33,399 nucleotides of DNA from Stramenopiles sp. TOSAG23-3 (GCA_900128585.1 LT642209.1:1-33399), one strand, 5' to 3'; shown: positions 1 to 9,945, counted from the stretch's first letter. The notes: generated from the letters alone by a model not told the origin. Made by a program: numbers and translations.

Positions 1-256
1 TAGTCTATAGTACGCTCCCGTCCGTCGAGGCTAGGGTGTTAATGGTATTGCATGTTAATAAGAATGGCTTCTATGATATATCTATGTATAAATTGATGTT
101 GACTACAACAATTTTTAGTATTGAAATAGCTAGTAAAATAGTATATGATCACAGTAGCTAGCATTAAATAGCAGGCAAAATGGTACTTTTTTTTCGGTAA
201 AAATTTTAGGCTATGGTGTGTGGTGTGCATTTTGGATGTCGCTACAACAACCAAGT

Positions 257-293
257 AATCCCATCTGGTCAACAATCCCATATGGTCAACAAT
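257..293 (+). repeat. Two 17-bp tandem copies AATCCCAT(C/A)TGGTCAAC upstream of DNA polymerase
   Basis: 257-273 and 274-290 differ at one base; core ATCCCATCTGGT is shared with the 17301 array and the 3878 element. Confidence 0.75.
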
Positions 294-480
294 AATTGAA
301 AAAAAATCCTGACTGCCATACAGACGATAAAAGAGCGATGAAGAGTACAACCCCAACTAATGGAAAATCAATAATCTCGGAAGTCTCGGATATTTCGGAA
401 GAAGTCTCTTTCATTTCTTTTTGAATAAAGAATACTTATACACATTTTTCCGACTATATATAAATTGATTCACATATAAA

Positions 481-3400
481 ATGTATAAATTTCAACATTT
501 GGACACTCAATCACCGGCGAACGCCATTACTCTGTTTGGTAGAACGTTGGAAGGGAAAAGTATTGCCGCGCACGTACACGGCTTTCAACCAAGTCTGTAT
601 ATCAAAGTAGATGGGGATGCAGACACCTTAATGGCTCGTATCAATCATGCTTTAATTTGTTATTCATCGAGTCGCTTCATCCTACGTGACCCAACAAAAT
701 CGCAGAAAAATGTATCCCGTGCGTGTGAAAATGAGCGACATGCGTATTTTAAGGTTGTGTCCGGACAAGATATTACAGATTACAAAGAAGGCGACTGTCC
801 ACAATTTTTAAAGATCACAACGAAGGACAAGTGGTCATACAATGATTTAAAGGCCATTCTCACGCGCAAATGTGAGTATATTGTCTCGCAAAAGGTGAGC
901 AAGTGTGTTGACGGAATAATGCGCCTATTGAACATGAAATCCAAATACGCGGTTAACGTAGAGTTAAAGAAAGCAAAGAATTATATGTTGGGTCGGCCCT
1001 TTGTGATTTACAATGACCAAGTAGACTACGGACTGCAATACCTAATCGAGAAGGACATATACTCCTGTTCGTGGATGGAAGTTAAAGGGACACCTGTCGA
1101 AGAAAAATTAACGACCTGTGACATTGAGATCGATATAAGCGATATTCGCCAGATTCCATGCGATCAGGTTGCCCCATGGAGAATACTTTCCTATGACATT
1201 GAGTCGGTGCCACATCCACGCGGGAATGGAAAATTCGAATTTCCAAGCGCCGAACGCGATCCAGTATGCACTATTGGCGCTGTTCTACAGGTGAACGAGA
1301 AAGTGGACAAGTACGTTTGGATTCATTCTCCAAACGGTGATCCAATCGAAAAACTTACAGCCATAGAAAACCCACCAGATGAATACAATTCGGGCGACAT
1401 TGTAGTATACCATTTCGATAGCGAACTGGAGATGCTCAAGTCTTTCAATGAATTTATCGTCGAGAACGATATCGATATAATCGAAGGGTACAACACCGCA
1501 TTATTCGACCACCCGTACCTGTTCGACCGGTATGATACACTATGTGGGAACAAGCCCATATGGGGAAGGTTCTTGAATAGGAAATCGTACATCAAAGAAA
1601 AGGTATTTCAAAGCAATCAAGCTGGAAAAAACGTGACAAAGACCTTGTACTGCCCGGGCCGTATCGATCACGATGGGTACCAAGTGATGAAAAAGAACCA
1701 CAATTTGAATTCTTACAAGCTGGACGAAGTTGCTTTCACCTTCTTGGGAACGAAAAAGTATCCAATGGACTACAGTGAGATCTATCCAAAGTACCACACC
1801 AAAGAAGGACGCGACGAACTGGCAGTATACTGTGTGAAAGACGCATGGTTGACCAGAAAGGTTATGCACAAACTTAACAAGCTGTTCGTTTCTTTTCAAC
1901 TGGCCTGTGTTACAGGTATACCAATTAATGATGTCCTGAATCGTGGGCAAGGTATTCGGACTATTGCGCTTATGTTACGCTACTGTAAACGTCGAAGTCC
2001 GCCGTACTTTATTCCAAGGAGGGAGACGAAGGCGAAGTTCAAGAAGTTCAACGTTTTGACAAACGAGCTGGGAATTGCACAGAACAATGAGGAAGTGAGC
2101 GAAGGATTCCAAGGTGCTGTGGTATTAGAACCAAAGCCAAAGTTCTACAAGGATGCGATCGCAACGCTGGACTTTGCATCCTTGTACCCGTCCGTGATGA
2201 TTTCTATGAACATGTCGTATGAAACTATTGTATCAAGGGAAAAGATGTTAAAAATGGGATGGACAGAAGGGAATCAAGTTCGAACGGTACCAGATTATTC
2301 ATTTGTAGACGGTAGAATGAAAACAAAGATTAATTACGATACAAATGTTATTTTTGCAACGAAAGAGACTCGGGTGGGTATCATGCCTGAGATATTAGCT
2401 TCTCTGTGGGAAGAACGTAAACGGGTAAAAAAACAAATGAAGAAACACCATCCAGATACCGTTCAGTACAAAATCGCAAATGGTCGTCAACTTGGTCTCA
2501 AGGTCTGTATGAACTCTATCTACGGATTCACGGGGGCATCCGTTGGGTTTCTTCCGGAAAAACGCATTGCCGAAAGCGTTACGAAGTATGGTCGTGGTTT
2601 AACGTTAAAAACTCAAGATCTTATTGAAAATCATCCAGTGTGGGGAAAGCAACATGGTGTGAAGTGCGTATATGGCGATACGGACTCGGTATTCTGTCAC
2701 TTACCGCGTTCATTGTGCGATGGAGACACTCCAGAAGCTACTGTAAAACGAGCAGAGGAAATAGGAAGAGAAATGGGTGAATATGTAGACGCACACTTCT
2801 TACGTCCTATTGAATTGGAATTTGAAAAAATATACTTGCCATTTATGTTGTTGAAAAAGAAGCGCTATTGTGGAAAAAAATATGAAGAGGGTCATGTAAA
2901 AATTGACATGAAGGGAGTAGAATGCGTCCGAAGAGATTTCTGTCCTCTGCTGGTAAAAACTCAAAAGGAAATGCTCACGACATTGATGAACACCATGAAC
3001 GTTGAAAAAGCATGCAATATAGTCAGCAAAGCTGTGCAAGACTTGGTGTTAGGAAAAGTACCATTGGAGTTATTAACGATGAGTAAAAAATTATCGCGTT
3101 CACCTTGTGACTATAAAGTCAAGGGCGCACATGTCAACTTGGCGATGCGAATTAACAAGGAAAGAGGTGAACAGCATGGCTTCGTTGCTGGAGATCGCGT
3201 ACCATATGTAATAGCGAAAGGTTCGTCCAGTAAGGTGTCTGAAAATGCGGTGTTACCAGAAGAAATTACAAGTGGAAAATATGTGATTGATATCGAATAT
3301 TACAAAAACAAGCAACTGATACCGCCGATGCTACGAATATTGGAGAAATTATGCGACAACCCGAGGTCTCTCTTCCTTTGCAAGAGCATTAAGAAGCCAA

Positions 3401-3522
3401 GCATTACAGGAATGTTCAAAACGTGGGTAAAGAAGCGACCGCGGGAATCTGAGCCTGTTTTCAAGCCCAAAAAAATAGTGAAGAAAAGCAAGAAAACAAC
3501 ACTGTTTAATTTTTTTAAGTAG
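481..3522 (+). CDS. polB: Family B DNA polymerase (1013 aa), uninterrupted
   Basis: Exonuclease motifs SYDIES, GYN...FD, YCVKD; polymerase motifs LDFASLYPS, KVCMNSIYG, YGDTDS, KKRY; PIP-box-like C-terminus TTLFNFF and basic NLS-like tail. Confidence 0.98.
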   Translation: MYKFQHLDTQSPANAITLFGRTLEGKSIAAHVHGFQPSLYIKVDGDADTLMARINHALICYSSSRFILRDPTKSQKNVSRACENERHAYFKVVSGQDITDYKEGDCPQFLKITTKDKWSYNDLKAILTRKCEYIVSQKVSKCVDGIMRLLNMKSKYAVNVELKKAKNYMLGRPFVIYNDQVDYGLQYLIEKDIYSCSWMEVKGTPVEEKLTTCDIEIDISDIRQIPCDQVAPWRILSYDIESVPHPRGNGKFEFPSAERDPVCTIGAVLQVNEKVDKYVWIHSPNGDPIEKLTAIENPPDEYNSGDIVVYHFDSELEMLKSFNEFIVENDIDIIEGYNTALFDHPYLFDRYDTLCGNKPIWGRFLNRKSYIKEKVFQSNQAGKNVTKTLYCPGRIDHDGYQVMKKNHNLNSYKLDEVAFTFLGTKKYPMDYSEIYPKYHTKEGRDELAVYCVKDAWLTRKVMHKLNKLFVSFQLACVTGIPINDVLNRGQGIRTIALMLRYCKRRSPPYFIPRRETKAKFKKFNVLTNELGIAQNNEEVSEGFQGAVVLEPKPKFYKDAIATLDFASLYPSVMISMNMSYETIVSREKMLKMGWTEGNQVRTVPDYSFVDGRMKTKINYDTNVIFATKETRVGIMPEILASLWEERKRVKKQMKKHHPDTVQYKIANGRQLGLKVCMNSIYGFTGASVGFLPEKRIAESVTKYGRGLTLKTQDLIENHPVWGKQHGVKCVYGDTDSVFCHLPRSLCDGDTPEATVKRAEEIGREMGEYVDAHFLRPIELEFEKIYLPFMLLKKKRYCGKKYEEGHVKIDMKGVECVRRDFCPLLVKTQKEMLTTLMNTMNVEKACNIVSKAVQDLVLGKVPLELLTMSKKLSRSPCDYKVKGAHVNLAMRINKERGEQHGFVAGDRVPYVIAKGSSSKVSENAVLPEEITSGKYVIDIEYYKNKQLIPPMLRILEKLCDNPRSLFLCKSIKKPSITGMFKTWVKKRPRESEPVFKPKKIVKKSKKTTLFNFFK

Positions 3523-3549
3523 TATAAATAATGAAAAAATAACTATTAA

Positions 3550-3864
3550 ATGAAATTTATTCTCTTCTTTCTGTTATTAACTACGGCGTACGGGCAACAG
3601 TGTACACAATGCGACGAGAAGACTGAGCTCGGTCGTTCCACTTGGCATTTATTACATGAAATAGTGAAACACGCGGACCCAGAGTATTCTCCAGCTTTCA
3701 TGAACCTTATAAAAATATTGAGTGTGTTGTATCCTTGTGAGGATTGTAAAGTTCATATTTCCGATTACATCAGCAACAGGAGAATCGAAATGACAGAGAA
3801 ATGGTTGTGCGAATTTCATAACTCTGTGAATGTAAGATTGGGCAAACCAATCCATGGTTGTTAG
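3550..3864 (+). CDS. Erv1/Alr-family FAD-dependent sulfhydryl oxidase with predicted signal peptide
   Basis: GRSTWHLLH, YPCEDC (CxxC), HNSVNVRLGKP; hydrophobic N-terminus MKFILFFLLLTTAYG; extra CTQC. Confidence 0.92.
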   Translation: MKFILFFLLLTTAYGQQCTQCDEKTELGRSTWHLLHEIVKHADPEYSPAFMNLIKILSVLYPCEDCKVHISDYISNRRIEMTEKWLCEFHNSVNVRLGKPIHGC

Positions 3865-3877
3865 AATTAGGGTTATT

Positions 3878-3910
3878 ATGTACCAGATGGGATGTTGGGA
3901 TGTTGGGATG
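3878..3910 (-). repeat. Inverted copy of the CATCCCAA/CATCCCATCTGGTA repeat element
   Basis: 3878-3903 is the exact reverse complement of 17292-17317 (26 bp), followed by a further GTTGGGAT unit. Confidence 0.85.
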
Positions 3911-4043
3911 ATGGTCCGATGGTCCGTGAGTACCACTAAAACATGGGAATGATAACTAATCTCTTCTGTAAGACATTTGAAAACATTTTGAAAACGAATT
4001 GGAATGCTTTTCTAACTATTTAAAGTCACAAATTCCAATCAAA

Positions 4044-4715
4044 ATGAAGACCTGTACCAAATGCAACAAGAGCAAAGCGCTCACGGAGTTTTACAAGGAC
4101 TCTAGAAACAAGCGCGATGGACTGAAATTCCGATGCAAAGTGTGTGATAATGCCATTAAAAAGAAGTGGACCCAAAACAACCGGGAGAAACACAATACAT
4201 ACCTTAAGAAGTACTACCAAAACAACACGGAGAAATTCCGTGGATCAAGCAAGAAGTACCGCGAAAACAACCGAGAGAAATGCAATGCATTGAACAGGAA
4301 GAGGCAAAAACGCCCGGAAGTCCGGAAGAAAATTAATGCACGTAACAGGGAACGTAGAAAGACCGATTCACAGTTCAAGCTTAGAATGAATTTAAGCTCC
4401 CGCTTATGGCATGCACTCAAAGGCAAGGTCAAGAGTGCGAGTACCATGAAATTACTGGGCTGTTCGTACAAGCATGCAATGGAACATCTCGAAAAGCAGT
4501 TCCTTCCCGGAATGACATGGGATAACCATGGAAAATGGCACATCGATCATATGATGCCATGTAACTCCTTTGACCTGAGCGATCCCGAACAACAGAGACA
4601 ATGTTGTCATTACACCAATCTACAGCCCATGTGGGCATCGGAGAACATAAGCAAAGGAGATAGCATACTCTACAATCGTACATGGAATGGATGTAGATGG
4701 ATAAATACTATATAA
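4044..4715 (+). CDS. Free-standing HNH (homing-type) endonuclease with N-terminal CxxC..CxxC zinc finger
   Basis: ATG at 4044 in AAAATG context; CTKC...CKVC; HLEKQF..GMTWDNHGKWHIDHMMP...HYTNLQPMWASENISKG. Confidence 0.88.
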   Translation: MKTCTKCNKSKALTEFYKDSRNKRDGLKFRCKVCDNAIKKKWTQNNREKHNTYLKKYYQNNTEKFRGSSKKYRENNREKCNALNRKRQKRPEVRKKINARNRERRKTDSQFKLRMNLSSRLWHALKGKVKSASTMKLLGCSYKHAMEHLEKQFLPGMTWDNHGKWHIDHMMPCNSFDLSDPEQQRQCCHYTNLQPMWASENISKGDSILYNRTWNGCRWINTI

Positions 4716-5207
4716 TCATACTACAAACATCCATCCAACTACTTTGAACTTATGTTCCTCACTCTCCAAATGTATATACAGATATTTTATCGGCGGGTTA
4801 TTCTCAACCACGAAGCGTAACGTTTCGGATGACTGTTCATCCGAGAGGTCGGCTCCGAGGTCTTGCAATACAATATCTGTTAGTTCTTCTTTCGACAACA
4901 GAATACCATCATAGAAGAGAGGATAAAGTATTAGCCTCGTCCGCTGTACGACGGTCATTTCGTGGCACACTGGTGGAAGCTTTAATCCATCAATGGTCCT
5001 ACCACTGACAAGATCATCGAATGGATTTGCGGATTTTTTTCTATTGAACTTTACAGATAGGTTTTTGGAAACTTTTCTTCTTTTCTTGCCCTTGCTGTAA
5101 AACTGTTGTTTCCGTTTGGAACGCTTGACCGATGCCTCGCCGAGTTGTTTTAAAAGAGACCGTACTTTTTGTCGTTGTTCGTCCGTCAATGGTGTAACGT
5201 CTTCCAT
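4716..5207 (-). CDS. Hypothetical protein with basic NLS-like region
   Basis: 163-aa ORF, TATA-rich upstream, KKRRK; abuts the stop of the HNH gene. Confidence 0.7.
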   Translation of the reverse strand: MEDVTPLTDEQRQKVRSLLKQLGEASVKRSKRKQQFYSKGKKRRKVSKNLSVKFNRKKSANPFDDLVSGRTIDGLKLPPVCHEMTVVQRTRLILYPLFYDGILLSKEELTDIVLQDLGADLSDEQSSETLRFVVENNPPIKYLYIHLESEEHKFKVVGWMFVV

Positions 5208-5262
5208 CTGTGTATATATATTAAATCATTTTAGCATATAAATAGTATACTTTTTATTGTAA

Positions 5263-5679
5263 ATGCCACTGTATGTATATTTGATTAGTCATAACAAGCC
5301 TGAAATTAAGACGCATACTTACATTGGATGCACCGAAAATTTTTTGAAACGTTTGAATCAGCACAACGGGTTGGAGAGTGGTGGACCACGGATTACGAAG
5401 CGAGCTGCTGGGTCTTGGAAACCTGTGATTATATTAAAAATAGAGAACAAAAAAATAAAACCCAAACAGGTGAAAAAAGAATGGAAACAGAGCTCAAGAG
5501 GGCTGGAAAGTCGTATTAGAAAGGGATTAGAATTGGCAATAAAAAACAAGCTAACAATTGTTTTACCTAAGAATAAAAATAGCCACATACCATCTGTTAA
5601 ATATTTAAATGAGAAATGGGACGGTGAAAAAATTGCCATGACAACCGAAGAATGGACCACACTACTTGAGAAGTTTTAG
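5263..5679 (+). CDS. GIY-YIG nuclease, SLX1-like
   Basis: YVYLI...TYIGCT..RLNQHNG..GG..T. Confidence 0.88.
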   Translation: MPLYVYLISHNKPEIKTHTYIGCTENFLKRLNQHNGLESGGPRITKRAAGSWKPVIILKIENKKIKPKQVKKEWKQSSRGLESRIRKGLELAIKNKLTIVLPKNKNSHIPSVKYLNEKWDGEKIAMTTEEWTTLLEKF

Positions 5680-6333
5680 CTTTTTTCTTTTCTTTGCTTG
5701 TATATTAAAAATTGGAACATCGTTCCGACGAATTTTGATATCCAAAGATTTACGCGGGAAATCGAATACAATTTTTGCGATAAAAGCACGGTATTTCTCA
5801 GTCAACTCCTTTATATACGCCGAATCAAATAACTCAATATCGGTAATTCGGAGGATATAGTGCGTTGCATGTAATGTTATCTCGCTGTTAAATTCCATAT
5901 ACGTCATTCCTAGAACATTGCGGAATATTCCTCTGACATGCTGTTTATCAATAGTGTCCACCATTGTGAGATCATAGTTTATAGGAATATCTCTTTCGTC
6001 TAATTCAATGTCGTGTTTTCGTTTTTTCGTCCCTTCCTTATGCTTGTAGGCATCGATTTTGATTTCCGACGTATTCAAGTCAACTTGAATGGATATAACG
6101 TTGTTGTTCATCATCGGAATTTGCGAAATATCGTTCAATGTCATTTTTGGGGGGTTACACAATATCATGGAGAACTTCGTAGGGAATTTGGAATATACCC
6201 TCAGTTTCATGGTCGAAGATCCGTCGAGACTGCTTACTACTTTTATAACTTCTTCCACGAATCGGCTATCGTTGTCGTGTAGACCTTTGTGGCGTTTCAA
6301 ATGGACTTGAGGGGTGGTAGGTGACGCCGCCAT
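5662..6333 (-). CDS. Hypothetical protein
   Basis: Long ORF (first ATG at 6333; track start 6393 is non-ATG); basic stretches KKRKH and KKRKKLK. Confidence 0.7.
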   Translation of the reverse strand: MAASPTTPQVHLKRHKGLHDNDSRFVEEVIKVVSSLDGSSTMKLRVYSKFPTKFSMILCNPPKMTLNDISQIPMMNNNVISIQVDLNTSEIKIDAYKHKEGTKKRKHDIELDERDIPINYDLTMVDTIDKQHVRGIFRNVLGMTYMEFNSEITLHATHYILRITDIELFDSAYIKELTEKYRAFIAKIVFDFPRKSLDIKIRRNDVPIFNIQAKKRKKLKLLK

Positions 6334-6686
6334 AGGTAATATATAAAAAAAACAGTCATGCTTAAATACACCAGCGAATTGATGTATTTGCACCTATTTC
6401 GCCTTTTCTCGGGAGGCGTACAGGATATATCTACGGTGCCATTCATTATATTTGTGGATATTAACGGCCGTAACCCTTGACCTTCCACAATACTTCTCCA
6501 CAGTGATACGGTATAGTCGGTGATAGTCTCAAGATTATTCACCTGTAATTTAAAGCCTTGGCCGCCGTGCATGTAGCCTTTGAACGATACATCCATATCA
6601 GGGTTATCTGTATCGTTTATTCCATCTATAATTTCGTCAACTGTTTTGTTCTGTTTGAGCCTACGATTAAACACAGATTTGGACAT
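6297..6686 (-). CDS. Hypothetical tail-anchored membrane protein
   Basis: 129-aa ORF, TAAATG start, C-terminal hydrophobic helix LVYLSMTVFFIYYLW. Confidence 0.7.
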   Translation of the reverse strand: MSKSVFNRRLKQNKTVDEIIDGINDTDNPDMDVSFKGYMHGGQGFKLQVNNLETITDYTVSLWRSIVEGQGLRPLISTNIMNGTVDISCTPPEKRRNRCKYINSLVYLSMTVFFIYYLWRRHLPPLKSI

Positions 6687-6707
6687 TTAGATTAAATTAA
6701 CCACTAT

Positions 6708-7109
6708 TTATAGTTTGATATTTAATACAATTATGATTAAAAGGCTAAAGTAGCGGCACACCCAGATTGCGGTTCTAAGAATGTTCGCTTTTCGAATGGT
6801 CTCCAACATCTCCATTGATTCCCCGTCGTCCATCATTTTAAACTGATGGTACAAAGCTATTATAGAGACGAATAAACACAACAAATGCAACACAGCTGGT
6901 GGGACAGCCCAGCCTACGAAGGTACACAATACAATGGTACTTACAATTTCCAAAAAAGCAAACGGACCAAAAGCTTTTGTTGTCCTATCCATTAGTACAT
7001 CGCGTTGCATGTCTTCTATTAACGGAAAGGAAATGAGCTCGTACACCAAACCAGCGGTAACTATACAACAACAAGATAGATTGATTAATGACCAGACCAA
7101 TACTTCCAT
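6708..7109 (-). CDS. Hypothetical multi-pass membrane protein
   Basis: About four hydrophobic segments; AAAATG at 7109 with TATATAAG upstream. Confidence 0.7.
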   Translation of the reverse strand: MEVLVWSLINLSCCCIVTAGLVYELISFPLIEDMQRDVLMDRTTKAFGPFAFLEIVSTIVLCTFVGWAVPPAVLHLLCLFVSIIALYHQFKMMDDGESMEMLETIRKANILRTAIWVCRYFSLLIIIVLNIKL

Positions 7110-7123
7110 TTTTATGAAGTGTC

Positions 7124-7720
7124 TTATATATTTATAGGTATTAATTCCATCAACCATTCTGCATCCATCGTTTTCAAAAAGTCTTTGTTTTCATACATTT
7201 TAACGACTTTGTGCGTGAAAAAGGTTTCAAACTCTGTAGGTAAGCTCATAACTTGTATCCACTGCATTGCTTCTGTAAATCTCATCTGCAAAGAGATGAT
7301 ACAATCACAAAAGTCAGTCATCATATCTCCTATGATTCTTCTCTCTCCATCTGTCCACTCAGTACTCGATTTTTCAATTTCGTGTGCGTGTTCAATACGT
7401 TTGACCAAGACTTTCGCCATAATATGTACTTTTTTATCTACATGAACTGTAATACCACTTTTTTTGTGGAATTCAATCAATTGCTGACACCATGTATCTG
7501 GTTCTTCTTCCGGTATGCAATCAACCAAATCAAAGTTCGGCTTTTCTTCTATTACAACTTCACGACACTTGGGACATGTCACCTCTTCTTCATCGCTTCT
7601 ATATTTGGCCATGCAAGTCTCACAAATACCATGTCCACAAGGTTGCAACACCAAAGGTTTATTGATTTTGGAATATCTGTTCCAACATACAGGACATTTT
7701 GGTAGAACTACGTAATCCAT
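7124..7720 (-). CDS. RING-finger (C3HC4) protein
   Basis: CPVC...PCGHGICETC...CPKCR. Confidence 0.88.
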   Translation of the reverse strand: MDYVVLPKCPVCWNRYSKINKPLVLQPCGHGICETCMAKYRSDEEEVTCPKCREVVIEEKPNFDLVDCIPEEEPDTWCQQLIEFHKKSGITVHVDKKVHIMAKVLVKRIEHAHEIEKSSTEWTDGERRIIGDMMTDFCDCIISLQMRFTEAMQWIQVMSLPTEFETFFTHKVVKMYENKDFLKTMDAEWLMELIPINI

Positions 7721-7747
7721 TAAAAAGCATGTAATCTATTTTATAGG

Positions 7748-8590
7748 TTAGTTTTTAAATACACGTCCATGGGCGGTAACAACCCAATATTGAACCATTA
7801 CAAATATCACAATATCGGAAAAAAACCATGAAAAGGCCATCCCAAATGAAGAAACGATGCAGGCGGTGTGCAACAAGGGAAAATTTATCATTCTGTAAAA
7901 ATTATCCGAATTTTTATTTCTGTTTTTATCTGCCGAAAACCAAAGAATTCCGAACACTAAAACATGAAGTAATGATGAAATCGGATATCCAGAGTCACAC
8001 GATGTACCTTGCCATTCTGCACGTGGAATTAAGTTGTATTGATTCATACTATCGAAAATAAAATGAACAAGCATCAAAACAACAAAGACAGCAGCATAAA
8101 TGCCAGCGTAAGTAGCACGATTAAAATCACCCTCTTTGTAGGCATTGTAAATATGTTTGATTTGTTCTTTTGATAGGAAATATTCGTGTGCGACTGTGCC
8201 ACTGATGATATTACATAATGCTGCAAGATACAGATACTGTATTTCGTAATTATCGCTTTCCCGAATTTTGCACTGAGACGCGTACCCGAGAGCAAGACCG
8301 TTGAAGATAGCGCCTACGGCTCCCGCTACAACATGCAATTGTTTGACTGGTGCCAACACTCCCGTGCCAAAAACACCAACAAGCGAGATAATACTCAGTA
8401 CTTGGGGAGTTGTTCCTTCGTACGATGGCATCAGTATGACAAGAAGCAACGAAATTATATTGAAAATCCAGAAAGTCCCTAGGATAAATAATCCTTCAGG
8501 AAAACGTTTCTCGCGTTCGAGACGCTTTTCGCGTAGTTGATCACGTGTATCTTTATTATCGAAGTTCATTGGTGTAAAACCGTCATCCAT
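7748..8590 (-). CDS. Hypothetical multi-pass membrane protein (about 7-8 TM)
   Basis: 280-aa ORF with repeated hydrophobic segments. Confidence 0.75.
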   Translation of the reverse strand: MDDGFTPMNFDNKDTRDQLREKRLEREKRFPEGLFILGTFWIFNIISLLLVILMPSYEGTTPQVLSIISLVGVFGTGVLAPVKQLHVVAGAVGAIFNGLALGYASQCKIRESDNYEIQYLYLAALCNIISGTVAHEYFLSKEQIKHIYNAYKEGDFNRATYAGIYAAVFVVLMLVHFIFDSMNQYNLIPRAEWQGTSCDSGYPISSLLHVLVFGILWFSADKNRNKNSDNFYRMINFPLLHTACIVSSFGMAFSWFFSDIVIFVMVQYWVVTAHGRVFKN

Positions 8591-8611
8591 TTGTAAGTAT
8601 GTTTATCTTAT

Positions 8612-9001
8612 TTATACCTCGCTTCTACAATTTGGGCATGTACTGTTATTTCTCAACCATGGGGATATGCAATCTTTGTGAAATGCGTGTGACACTTCAT
8701 TATCGCATGGTAATCTAGTAATCTTCTCTCCTTTTTTTATTGGTTTTTGACATATAGTACAATCTGGTAAGTCGCACTCAGCGGCGTAAGTTGGATATTT
8801 AGATTTAGGACTCTCCTCTGGAGCCTCTGGAGTTTGCCAAAAACTGTCGGTCTCAGGAAGCCAAAAATTATCTTCGAACGCTTCAAGTATAGCAGACGTT
8901 ACGGTAGGTGCTCTATTTGCTTGTACGACCGGGGGTTCTTCAGAAACGGGGATGGTAACCCAACCTCTACCAGTTATATATTGTAATGTGTAGGCACTCA
9001 T
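8612..9001 (-). CDS. RING-H2 finger protein
   Basis: CTIC...LPC...HAFHKDCISPWL...CPNCR; GTATATAAG 27 nt upstream. Confidence 0.9.
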   Translation of the reverse strand: MSAYTLQYITGRGWVTIPVSEEPPVVQANRAPTVTSAILEAFEDNFWLPETDSFWQTPEAPEESPKSKYPTYAAECDLPDCTICQKPIKKGEKITRLPCDNEVSHAFHKDCISPWLRNNSTCPNCRSEV

Positions 9002-9027
9002 TTATACATACAGTTTAGACTTATATA

Positions 9028-9177
9028 CTAACCACCACATAACATACATCCCAACTTTTCAAGACACCCTACTTCCTCCTCTTCTTCTTGTTGTCCTATA
9101 GCAATACTGTTCCCTCCACCGGGTGCAGGAGCTACGGAACCTTTATTCCCAACATTTACGGTTATTGTATTTCCCAT
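9028..9177 (-). CDS. 49-aa micro-ORF (not in track), candidate myristoylated, Cys-tailed peptide
   Basis: Translates MGNTITVNVGNKGSVAPAPGGGNSIAIGQQEEEEEVGCLEKLGCMLCGG*; AAAATG start with TATA-rich upstream; fills the gap between neighbours. Confidence 0.65.
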   Translation of the reverse strand: MGNTITVNVGNKGSVAPAPGGGNSIAIGQQEEEEEVGCLEKLGCMLCGG

Positions 9178-9211
9178 TTTTTAATTTTATTTACATATAT
9201 ATACATGGATT

Positions 9212-9430
9212 TTAAACGAAGTCTCCTTCATCAATGTAGACGGTCTCGTACGACTCTTTTGGTTCTAGCGGAACAACGGTTGACATCTTTTCTTTTTTCT
9301 GAAATTTGGACAGGACAGCTTTTTTTATTGTGGTTTCTACGCTCTCTTCCTCTTGATCCACAGGATCTTCCTCTTCTTCGTCTGGGGGCAGGGGCATAGG
9401 ATGGACTTGCAAGCTTACTCGACATCCCAT
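9212..9430 (-). CDS. Small acidic protein, candidate N-myristoylated/palmitoylated (MGCRVS)
   Basis: ATG at 9430 after an A-run; MGCxxS motif; acidic tract. Confidence 0.6.
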   Translation of the reverse strand: MGCRVSLQVHPMPLPPDEEEEDPVDQEEESVETTIKKAVLSKFQKKEKMSTVVPLEPKESYETVYIDEGDFV

Positions 9431-9457
9431 TTTTTTAATTATCAAAGGTATTTATAT

Positions 9458-9673
9458 TTAAACATTCAGTGATCCACGTATTTTGTTTGCATTAATATTT
9501 CTGCGTATTCTTTCGCGTCGTAATATACCCTGTCTACACCGGTTCACTACGTAAATAAACACCAACATCCAATATAAATAAAATGAGAGTTGTTGATGGA
9601 AACTTTTATAATTATAATATAAAAGAAGAGATACGATAGACAAAATGAAAATACATATATCTGCCCATACCAT
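9458..9673 (-). CDS. Small two-TM hypothetical protein
   Basis: TAAATG start, two hydrophobic helices, basic tail. Confidence 0.6.
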   Translation of the reverse strand: MVWADICIFILSIVSLLLYYNYKSFHQQLSFYLYWMLVFIYVVNRCRQGILRRERIRRNINANKIRGSLNV

Positions 9674-9687
9674 TTAAAAATTATTTC

Positions 9688-9945
9688 TTAATATTTATAC
9701 TGCATAAATTGTCCTTTTCGATACCGTTTTGGCCTCCACCGCATGGCGGGTTCTCCGCCCGATAATAGCCATTCAATGTAAAATGATTGCTTTCTTGTCT
9801 TCATCGGTAGAATAATTTTGGAACGACATATAACACAAGTAGTGTGCGTTTTTATCAGTATGTTGTGACACTGTTTGCACCAAGTGTGTCCACAAGGGTT
9901 TGTAAATATACTCTCTTTCGTTTCAAGACATATAGGACATTCCAT
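9688..9945 (-). CDS. Small RING-finger (C3HC4) protein
   Basis: CPIC...PCGHTWCKQC...CVICR. Confidence 0.88.
   Translation of the reverse strand: MECPICLETKESIFTNPCGHTWCKQCHNILIKTHTTCVICRSKIILPMKTRKQSFYIEWLLSGGEPAMRWRPKRYRKGQFMQYKY

Noticed and set aside
39-356. 105-aa minus-strand ORF
   Set aside because: Non-ATG start, no recognisable motif, crosses the repeat element; the region looks non-coding.
481-3522. Intein or intron in polB
   Set aside because: Catalytic motifs are normally spaced and the ORF is continuous.
5662-6686. Herpesvirus-like nuclear egress pair (NLS protein plus tail-anchored protein)
   Set aside because: Only a topological analogy; no recognisable sequence similarity. 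Needs structure prediction.
7748-8590. Rhodopsin or GPCR assignment for the multi-TM protein
   Set aside because: No retinal-binding Lys motif in the last helix or other diagnostic signature seen.
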